From positions 6,142 through 38,141 of the forward strand of contig JAVBPW010000001.1 in NCBI GenBank assembly GCA_031549385.1: a DNA stretch of 32,000 nucleotides, written 5' to 3'. The notes under the pieces are model-generated. The model was not told the origin of the DNA. It worked only from the letters and a program-made list of their open reading frames with translations, and made no database searches. The position numbers were made by a program, and so were the translations under genes. The DNA comes from Alphaproteobacteria bacterium. Lineage in GTDB: Bacteria; Pseudomonadota; Alphaproteobacteria; Rs-D84; SZUA-605. Shown here piece after piece: positions 25,939 through 32,000 of the stretch (positions within the stretch are counted from its first letter, which is position 1; each line of letters opens with the position of its first letter).

Positions 25939-26218
25939 TATACTTCCTTTTTTCTAATTTTTCTTCTATACGCAATAAATGATTTGTTAGACGAGTTTCA
26001 AGATCTCTAATGTAAGAAACCGAACAATAGGACATTGCTACTTCAAGCTTGTATGAAGATAAATCTTCGGCAAGCTTTATAACATTTGCCTTTGCTTCGT
26101 CTTTTAATTGATTTAAATCGTTTTGAGTTTGCCTTGAATGGGATCTTAGTAAAAAAAATAAGCCTGTTAGTGCAGGCAATTCTATTACTTGTATCCACCA
26201 AAAATAGCTAAATTCCAT
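25928..26218 (-). CDS. Phage membrane protein (N-terminal TM plus coiled coil), first gene of the cluster
   Basis: 96 aa. A TM helix (WWIQVIELPALTGLFFLL) is followed by a coiled-coil region. There is an 11-nt overlap with the hydrolase gene. A holin, antiholin or spanin-type role is possible. Confidence 0.4.
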   Translation of the reverse strand: MEFSYFWWIQVIELPALTGLFFLLRSHSRQTQNDLNQLKDEAKANVIKLAEDLSSYKLEVAMSYCSVSYIRDLETRLTNHLLRIEEKLEKRKYNVK

Positions 26219-26240
26219 TAGTACCCCCTGAGTTTAGATG

Positions 26241-26270
26241 AAAAAAGCCCAAAACCTTTCGATTTTGGGC
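26241..26270 (-). terminator. Intrinsic terminator between the cluster promoter and the first cluster gene
   Basis: Minus strand reads GCCCAAAA-ucgaaagg-UUUUGGGC followed by UUUUUU (26246-26241). The U-tract exists only in the minus-strand reading. It ends 22 nt before the ATG at 26218. Confidence 0.75.
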
Positions 26271-26279
26271 AAAAAAAGA

Positions 26280-26344
26280 GGAGACCGAAGTCTCCATAAA
26301 AGTGAGAACCGAAGTTCTCATAAAGTGAAGTCCGAAGACTTCAT
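26280..26344 (-). promoter_or_regulatory. Three tandem C(UUCG)G hairpins in the 5' leader of the cluster
   Basis: Minus strand reads AUGAAGUC-UUCG-GACUUCAC (26344-26325), AUGAGAAC-UUCG-GUUCUCAC (26321-26302) and GGAGAC-UUCG-GUCUCC (26295-26280). The stems differ but stay paired, while loop and flanks are conserved. Confidence 0.7.
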
Positions 26345-26381
26345 AATTTCTTAGGAAATAGTTTTCCCTTGAAGACTTATC

Positions 26382-26410
26382 AGTATATAGAACTTTTTCA
26401 TAAAAGTCAA
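26382..26410 (-). promoter_or_regulatory. Sigma-70-type promoter facing the phage-like cluster
   Basis: Minus strand reads TTGACT (26410-26405), 17 nt, then TATACT (26387-26382). Confidence 0.55.
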
Positions 26411-26581
26411 CTACAAATTTGAAATTTTATACATTGTTTTTTAATTTACAACAAAATACTCTCTAAATACAATCTCTTAAATTTGTATAATTTTTTTCAA
26501 AAAGTGGACTAATTTTTCATTTTTAGACTAAATATTATAATATTTTGTAATTTTGCGATTCGTAAAGTTTTCATTATTTAC

Positions 26582-26609
26582 TTGCATTTTTGGTTTTGGA
26601 CTGTACTAT
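26582..26609 (+). promoter_or_regulatory. Candidate promoter for mlaC-tkt
   Basis: TTGCAT, 16 nt, then TACTAT, about 25 nt upstream of the GAGGAG RBS. An alternative extended -10 (TGTATAAT) lies at 26484-26491. Confidence 0.35.
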
Positions 26610-26632
26610 TTAACCCATAAGAGGAGAGAGAT

Positions 26633-27268
26633 ATGTTGAAAAAAATTTTGTTTGCATTAGTTTGCGCAGTTATAGGAACATCTTATGCCCAACTTAGCGA
26701 GGCAGATAATAAAGCAGCAGTTGATAAGATGAAAGCTTTAGTTACTGATGTAGAAGATAAAATTTTAAAACGAGATATCCCTCAAGATGAGAAAAATAAG
26801 CACTTTGATGAAATTCTTGTTTCCCAAATGGATTTGGAAAAGGTTTCATCATTTATTGTTGGAAAACCATGGAAAGAAGCAAATTCTGCTGATAAGGACA
26901 AATTTTTAAAATCTTTCAGACATTTTCAAATTTTAAGATTTAAAGAAACTTTTAATTCTTACTCTGATGAAGTTATTGAAGTTGGGGGTACTTTACCTTC
27001 TTCTTCTAAAAATCAATTGTTTGTTGAAATGCAAATTAAGTCAAAAAGTAAACAAGGTGAGCCTATTGATATTAAATGGAAAATGGCAAAAGAAAATAAT
27101 GGAGATTTCAAAATTACTGATGTTGTGATTGAAGGAGTTTCTATGGCTGCTTCTTTAAAGCAAGAATATTCTGCTATTTTAAATAACGCTACAGGCAATA
27201 AGCTTGAATATCTTGCAAAAAAAATAGATGCTAAAGCAAAAGAATTTGAAAAGCCTAAAAAGAAATAA
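26633..27268 (+). CDS. mlaC: Phospholipid-binding periplasmic protein MlaC/Ttg2D family
   Basis: 211 aa with signal peptide KKILFALVCAVIGTSYA. SSFIVGKPWK....DKDKFLKSFR and WKM....G.FKITDVVIEGVSMAASLKQEY parallel E. coli MlaC (W...Q.[23 protein letters not shown]). Confidence 0.75.
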   Translation: MLKKILFALVCAVIGTSYAQLSEADNKAAVDKMKALVTDVEDKILKRDIPQDEKNKHFDEILVSQMDLEKVSSFIVGKPWKEANSADKDKFLKSFRHFQILRFKETFNSYSDEVIEVGGTLPSSSKNQLFVEMQIKSKSKQGEPIDIKWKMAKENNGDFKITDVVIEGVSMAASLKQEYSAILNNATGNKLEYLAKKIDAKAKEFEKPKKK

Positions 27269-27278
27269 GGCGGTTCCT

Positions 27279-29153
27279 ATGAATAACAATACTTATACTA
27301 ATATTGCTACTGCTCTTCGTATGCTATCTGTTGATATGGTTGTTAATGCTGGAAGTGGACATCAAGGTATGCCGCTTGGTATGGCTGATATTGCAACTGT
27401 GTTATTTTGTAATCATTTAAATTTTAATACTCAAAATCCTCATTGGATTAATAGAGATAGATTTATTCTTTCTAATGGTCATGGTGTTGCTCTTCAATAT
27501 TCACTACTTTATATGGCTGGGTATGAAGATATTAAACTTGAAGATATTAAAAATTTTAGACAAGTTGGCTCAAAAGCTGCTGGACATCCTGAATATCGTT
27601 CTTTTGATGGAATTGAGACTACTACTGGTCCTTTAGGACAAGGGTTTGCTAATGCAGTTGGAATTGCTTTGGGACAAAAAATATTAAATAAAAAATGTGG
27701 CAAAAATGCTTTAGATTTTAAGGTATATTGTTTCTGTGGAGATGGCGATCTTATGGAAGGTATCTCATATGAAGCACAAAGTTTTGCTGGAAAAAACCAA
27801 CTCAATAACCTGATAGCTGTTTTTGACAATAATCAAATTACTATTGATGGTAATGTTTCCCTTTCTCGAAAAGAAAATATTAAAGAAAGATTTTTATCAA
27901 CTGATTGGAATGTTATTGAAATAGATGGTCATAATTTTAAGCAAATTGATGACGCTTTTAAAAAGGCTAAAAAGGAAACTAAGCGCCCTACTTTAATTAT
28001 TGCTAATACTATTATTGGTAAGTTTAGTGAATTTGCTGGGGAAGCTAAAGTTCATGGAAATCCTATTAATGCAGAGGGCAGAGAAAAAATTGCCAAAAAA
28101 TTAAATTGGAAATATAAACCTTTTGAAATACCTGATGATATCATTTGTGAATTCCAAAAACTATCATCACGTGGACAAGAAAAATTTGATAACTTTGATA
28201 AAAAATCTTTTGATGTTTTCGAAAAATTTTATGGCGATAGTTACAACGAAAAACAAATAAATTCTAAATTAAAAAAATATATTTCTGATATTGTTAAAAA
28301 CAAAAAAGATGTTTCTACACGAAAAGCTTTCGGTGAAGTTTTAGGATTGGTTAAAGATGATATTTTTGACTATGTTAATGGGTCTGCTGATTTGACTGAA
28401 TCTAATAATTTTATAGTTGATGATGAATATATTAGATATGGTATCAGAGAACATTTTATGGCTGCTTGTTCGAGTGGACTTTCATTAATGGGTTTTAAAA
28501 GCTTCTGTGGTACTTTCCTTGCTTTTTCTGATTATATGAGACCTGCTATTCGATTATCTTGTCTTATGGGGTTAGATGTTAATTACGTGTTTACTCATGA
28601 CTCAATTGGGGTTGGAGAAGATGGACCTACTCATCAACCTGTTGAACAATTAAGTGGATTACGATTAGTGCCTAATATTACTGTGTTTAGACCTTGTGAT
28701 GCAATTGAAGCAACACAATGTTTGAAGTATTCGTTAGAAATAGATACACCAAAAGTATTTGCATTATCTCGTCAAAATTTGCCTGTTATTTTAGATAGCA
28801 AAACTGATAAAGTAAGTTATGGAGCATATGCTATTGTTGATTGTAAAAAACCATCATTAATTATTATGGCAAGTGGCTCAGAAGTTCAAATAGCTTTAGA
28901 GTTGGCTAAAGATAAAAAAAATGTTCGAGTAATTTCATTTGTTTCTATGGAACTTTTTGAAAAACAAAATGAAAAATATAAATCAGAATTATTGCCAAAA
29001 GGCGTTAAAAAGGTTGCTATTGAAGCTGGAGTAACTGGTCTTTGGTATAAATATGCTAATCAAGTTTTTGGTATTGATACATTTGGAAAATCTGGAAAAT
29101 ATAAAGACATTTTCGAATGGGCAAAATTGACTTATAAACAAATCAAAATTTAG
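27279..29153 (+). CDS. tkt: Transketolase
   Basis: SGHQGMPLGMADIA, the GDGDLMEG thiamine-diphosphate motif and THDSIGVGEDGPTHQP. The start is moved from the track's 27228 to the ATG at 27279, because the 17-aa extension overlaps mlaC. Confidence 0.95.
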   Translation: MNNNTYTNIATALRMLSVDMVVNAGSGHQGMPLGMADIATVLFCNHLNFNTQNPHWINRDRFILSNGHGVALQYSLLYMAGYEDIKLEDIKNFRQVGSKAAGHPEYRSFDGIETTTGPLGQGFANAVGIALGQKILNKKCGKNALDFKVYCFCGDGDLMEGISYEAQSFAGKNQLNNLIAVFDNNQITIDGNVSLSRKENIKERFLSTDWNVIEIDGHNFKQIDDAFKKAKKETKRPTLIIANTIIGKFSEFAGEAKVHGNPINAEGREKIAKKLNWKYKPFEIPDDIICEFQKLSSRGQEKFDNFDKKSFDVFEKFYGDSYNEKQINSKLKKYISDIVKNKKDVSTRKAFGEVLGLVKDDIFDYVNGSADLTESNNFIVDDEYIRYGIREHFMAACSSGLSLMGFKSFCGTFLAFSDYMRPAIRLSCLMGLDVNYVFTHDSIGVGEDGPTHQPVEQLSGLRLVPNITVFRPCDAIEATQCLKYSLEIDTPKVFALSRQNLPVILDSKTDKVSYGAYAIVDCKKPSLIIMASGSEVQIALELAKDKKNVRVISFVSMELFEKQNEKYKSELLPKGVKKVAIEAGVTGLWYKYANQVFGIDTFGKSGKYKDIFEWAKLTYKQIKI

Positions 29154-29452
29154 TTATCATCTACTTTTCGTCCTTTTGCTTTAAAAATACATGCTGAAGA
29201 TTTACTATCCCAATTTCCACCACGACTTGTGCAATCTTTTTTATATGCATCATTTTTAATCTCTTCTGCTTTTTTCTTTTCTTTATCTGCTGCTTTTTGC
29301 TCTTTCTTTTCAGCTTTTGCTAATGCTTTTTCTTCTTTTTTTATTTTATTTAATTCAGAATTAATTTCTTTTTCTTGAGCTTTTTTGATTTGTTTTTCAA
29401 TTTTTTGAGCAGTTTTTTCTTCTTTCTTAGTTATTACTGGGAGATATACCAA
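29150..29452 (-). CDS. Lys/Glu-rich ORF, probably the frameshifted C-terminal continuation of the upstream surface protein gene
   Basis: It has a TTG start and overlaps the upstream ORF by 26 nt in another frame. It repeats the modules AEKKEQKAADKE and KIEK.IKKAQ.KE found at the end of the 492-aa ORF. It ends with a two-Cys motif, CTSRGGNWDSKSSAC. Confidence 0.4.
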   Translation of the reverse strand: MVYLPVITKKEEKTAQKIEKQIKKAQEKEINSELNKIKKEEKALAKAEKKEQKAADKEKKKAEEIKNDAYKKDCTSRGGNWDSKSSACIFKAKGRKVDDN

Positions 29453-30905
29453 AATCCATATTATCTAAATCTTGTTGGATACTTTTATTTAAATCTTCTT
29501 GATCTTTTTTAGACTGTTTTAATGCGGCATCTAATTCTTTATCTTGAGCTTTTTTGATGGATTTTTCTATCTTTTCACCTTGCTTTATTTCTTTATCAGC
29601 TGCCTTTTGTTCTTTTTTCTCCGCCTTTTCTTCTGCTTTTGCCTCTGCCTTTGCTTCTTTTTCTGCTGAACTTTTAAATAGTGTTCCTGCTTGTAGTTTT
29701 CCACCAAGAATTCCACCTGCTATAGCTCCTACTCCTGCTGCTACTCCAGTTACTATATTCTTGTTTCCTTCTACTTTAGATTTTACTCCAGAAATTGGGT
29801 CATAACCAAAAGTTGCTGCGTCACATTTTAATACTTCACCATTGTTAAATGTTAATTTAATTTCACCAGGATCGTTTGCTCCTACTGCTGGATATTTTAA
29901 TGATACGTCAAATGTACATGAACCAACACCATTGAATGTTCCGTTAATATTTTCACATGCTTTTTGCCATGCGTCAAATTCGTTTTGCATAGATTTTTGA
30001 TCTTTTTCTATTTTTGAAATTACTTTGTCATATCCATATGATCCTATTGATTGACATCTGTCTATTACTTCCAAACATGTTGCTCTGTATGTTGCACGTG
30101 AAATGCTGTCAAAACAAAGTTCATATTGGTATTTTTCACCACGACATGCTTTAGCCATACATGATTCTATTTCAGAATCACATTTACTTATTGCTGCTAG
30201 TTTTGCTGAATCTAAATTACCCTGTCTTGAATTATCAAGTTCCATTATGAAATTTGCCCATACGTCTTGTGAAACTGATACTCCACAATCTATTAAAACA
30301 CCTTCACAAGCTTGTTTCTTTAATGTTACTTGGTCAAGATTTAATGTTGCACAATTTTCATAATTTGCTCCACACACTGAACCTGATTTCATACATCCAT
30401 TAAATTTTTTTGAACAATCTGAAATATTTGCTGAAAGCATTCTTTCAAATTCTGCATCTGCTTTATTTTGTTCTGCTATAATTTCTGCTTTGAATGCATT
30501 TAATTCTTTTTCATAAGATTTTGCTATATTTTCAAATGTGTAAACTTTATCTTTGATTTCTATCATTGTGAAATCTGTAACTGTTGTTGTGGCAGTAGTA
30601 GTTGTTGTTGCAGCTGTTGTTCTTGGAGTAGTCCCTGCTTTTGTTGTAGTTGTTACTCTGTTTGCACCTGTTCGACTTGATGCAGCACGACCACTTGTTC
30701 CACGAGATGCAGCAGCCTTACTTCTTAATTGAGTACTTGAACTTGAGCTTTTACTTGATGAAGATGCAGCACTTTTAGAAGCTGAACTTCTTCCTGTGTT
30801 TGCTCTTTGAGAATATGAGTAAGAAGATGCAATAACTAGCATCGCAAACAAAATTAAGTATCTTTTATTAAATTTGTGCACTCTTTTCTCCTGAAATCTT
30901 GTCAT
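29427..30905 (-). CDS. Secreted or membrane-anchored Ser/Thr-rich, Cys-rich protein of unknown function
   Basis: 492 aa. An N-terminal hydrophobic anchor/signal (YLILFAMLVIASSYS) is followed by a roughly 80-aa S/T/A/R low-complexity region, a roughly 250-aa domain with about 20 Cys, a Gly-rich TM-like segment (VTGVAAGVGAIAGGILGG) and a KE-rich tail. Confidence 0.6.
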   Translation of the reverse strand: MTRFQEKRVHKFNKRYLILFAMLVIASSYSYSQRANTGRSSASKSAASSSSKSSSSSTQLRSKAAASRGTSGRAASSRTGANRVTTTTKAGTTPRTTAATTTTTATTTVTDFTMIEIKDKVYTFENIAKSYEKELNAFKAEIIAEQNKADAEFERMLSANISDCSKKFNGCMKSGSVCGANYENCATLNLDQVTLKKQACEGVLIDCGVSVSQDVWANFIMELDNSRQGNLDSAKLAAISKCDSEIESCMAKACRGEKYQYELCFDSISRATYRATCLEVIDRCQSIGSYGYDKVISKIEKDQKSMQNEFDAWQKACENINGTFNGVGSCTFDVSLKYPAVGANDPGEIKLTFNNGEVLKCDAATFGYDPISGVKSKVEGNKNIVTGVAAGVGAIAGGILGGKLQAGTLFKSSAEKEAKAEAKAEEKAEKKEQKAADKEIKQGEKIEKSIKKAQDKELDAALKQSKKDQEDLNKSIQQDLDNMDFGISPSNN

Positions 30906-30998
30906 ATTGTATCACAAAATTCGTTGTATTAAAAGCATTTTTTAATTTTTTTATTGCTTCTTTCTGGTTTTATGCTATAAGGTAGGAAATTTAAATAT

Positions 30999-31667
30999 AT
31001 GAGGTTTTTTATGGATTTGATTATTCGTGGACAAGTGGGAAGGATTGAGGCTGCATATCAGAAGAATCCACAACCAGCTGCCCCTGTTGTTTTAGTTATG
31101 CCTGATGCTCCTAATGTTAGTGGAGCTAATATGAACGATAAGTTAACTTATACACTGTTTCATTCATTCGTTAATGAAGGGTTTCATACTTTAAGAATGA
31201 ACTTTAGATCTGTTGGAAGATCAGAAGGCGAATTCACTGGTGGCGAAGGCGAACTTGCTGATGCTGGGTGTATTTTAGACTGGATACAAAAGAATCATGA
31301 ATATTCTGAAAATATCTGGGTAGCTGGAGTTGGCTTTGGTGCTTATATAGGAATGCAACTTTTAATGAGAAGACCGGAAATTACTACTTTTATTACAGTT
31401 AATCCACCATTGGCTGATTTTGACTTTTCATTCTTATCACCATGCCCTTGTAACGGTTTGATTTTAAACTCTGCTGGAGATACTAACGAAAACCATAATT
31501 TACGTAAAGCATTGGCTGATAAAATTAATGAACAAAAAGATGTTAAAGTTAAATACGTTTCTTTAAAAGATACTACTCCGGCTTTTGAAAATAGATTGCC
31601 ATTACTATTTAAAACTTTGAGAGAATATATCGCTACACAAAAAGATAAAGAAAATAAGTTGATATAA
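30999..31667 (+). CDS. Alpha/beta-fold hydrolase family protein
   Basis: 222 aa. The layout is typical of small alpha/beta hydrolases, with VVLVMPD..., FRSVGRSEG, and a nucleophile-elbow-like VAGVGFGAY. The ATG at 31011 has a better GAGG spacing than 30999. The stop overlaps the ruvB start (TAATG). Confidence 0.6.
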   Translation: MRFFMDLIIRGQVGRIEAAYQKNPQPAAPVVLVMPDAPNVSGANMNDKLTYTLFHSFVNEGFHTLRMNFRSVGRSEGEFTGGEGELADAGCILDWIQKNHEYSENIWVAGVGFGAYIGMQLLMRRPEITTFITVNPPLADFDFSFLSPCPCNGLILNSAGDTNENHNLRKALADKINEQKDVKVKYVSLKDTTPAFENRLPLLFKTLREYIATQKDKENKLI

Positions 31668-32000
31668 TGAATAATGATGAACAAAGAATTTTTGATGCTA
31701 AGAAAAAAGATGAAGACATTTTATCTTTAAGACCAAAGTTTTTAAAAGAACTAATTGGTCAAATGGAAGTTAAAGATAATTTAGATGTTTTTATTTCTGC
31801 AGCGCTTAAGGAAAGCAGAGCTTTGGATCATGTTCTTTTTCATGGACCTCCAGGACTTGGAAAAACTACACTCGCTCATATTGTTGCTAGAGAATTAGGA
31901 GTTGGATTTAGAGCAACTTCCGCACCTATGATTTCTAAGGCTGGTGACTTGGCTGCTATTCTTACAAATTTACAACAAAATGATGTTTTGTTTATTGATG
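31667..32000 (+). CDS. ruvB: Holliday junction branch migration helicase RuvB; 5' part, runs off the right edge
   Basis: My translation reads [112 protein letters not shown]. This contains the canonical RuvB N-terminus and Walker A. Confidence 0.95.
   Translation, partial: MNNDEQRIFDAKKKDEDILSLRPKFLKELIGQMEVKDNLDVFISAALKESRALDHVLFHGPPGLGKTTLAHIVARELGVGFRATSAPMISKAGDLAAILTNLQQNDVLFID

Larger units (their letters stand above)
11578..26410 (-). mobile_element. Podovirus (T7-order) derived structural and lysis gene cluster: a prophage remnant or a domesticated phage-like particle locus. It is interrupted by a cellular gene block at 13358-17693.
   Basis: Contains portal, TerL, scaffold, capsid, gp11-like, gp12-like, gp17-N-like and lysis genes, all on the minus strand. 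No integrase, replication or repressor genes are present. It is bounded by addA on the left and mlaC on the right. Confidence 0.7.

Noticed and set aside
26280-26344. Three short tandem palindromic repeats as a mini CRISPR array
   Set aside because: The repeats are 16-20 nt hairpins separated by 3-6 nt, with no spacers. The stems differ between copies, and there are no cas genes. This fits RNA hairpins in a 5' leader.
26219-26345. Mini-ORFs on the minus strand starting at the AUG of each leader hairpin (MKSSDFTL; MRTSVLTFMETSVSSFFAQNRKVLGFFHLNSGGTNGI)
   Set aside because: They have no RBS. The AUGs lie inside the stems, and the peptide similarity simply reflects the hairpin repeat. A leader-peptide attenuator cannot be fully excluded but is less parsimonious.
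26220-26632. Copy of the tRNA-Phe 3' end (attR) at the right boundary of the cluster
   Set aside because: I looked for CCGCCCCTGGCCAC or a near match and found none, so the right end is not a simple att junction with the tRNA-Phe site.
27228-27278. 17-aa N-terminal extension of transketolase
   Set aside because: It overlaps the mlaC 3' end. The conserved transketolase N-terminus starts at the ATG at 27279.

Overview
AT-rich (about 30% GC by eye) bacterial chromosomal segment. The housekeeping genes (parE with a YIGGTD box, dnaJ, thyA, addA, ftsZ, amiC, mlaC, tkt, ruvB) look alphaproteobacterial, probably from a small or streamlined genome. Left third (1-11.6 kb): parE, dnaJ, a small nucleotidyltransferase, an NMO-family flavoprotein, a D-2-hydroxyacid dehydrogenase, thyA, an HI0933-type flavoprotein and addA. 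Centre (11.6-26.4 kb): a compact minus-strand podovirus structural and lysis gene set in T7 late-gene order. It comprises a lysis cassette, scaffold, capsid, gp11-like, M15 peptidase, gp12-like, gp17-N-like fibre adaptor, TerL split into two ORFs, and a displaced portal with a small partner ORF. I see no integrase, replication, regulatory, small-terminase or internal-core genes. Between TerL and portal lies a 4.3-kb block of cellular genes: a type IV pilin-like gene coupled to amiC; tRNA-Phe followed by two tandem GC-rich 134/137-bp units, each ending in a copy of the tRNA 3' end; and ftsZ coupled to a small membrane protein. The cluster is headed by a leader made of a promoter, a triple UUCG hairpin and an intrinsic terminator. 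Right part (26.6-32 kb): mlaC, tkt, a frameshift-split Ser/Thr- and Cys-rich surface protein gene, an alpha/beta hydrolase and the start of ruvB. Main hypothesis: a domesticated podovirus-derived particle (GTA-like) locus under antitermination-type control. All homology calls come from motif recognition by eye; no searches were run.
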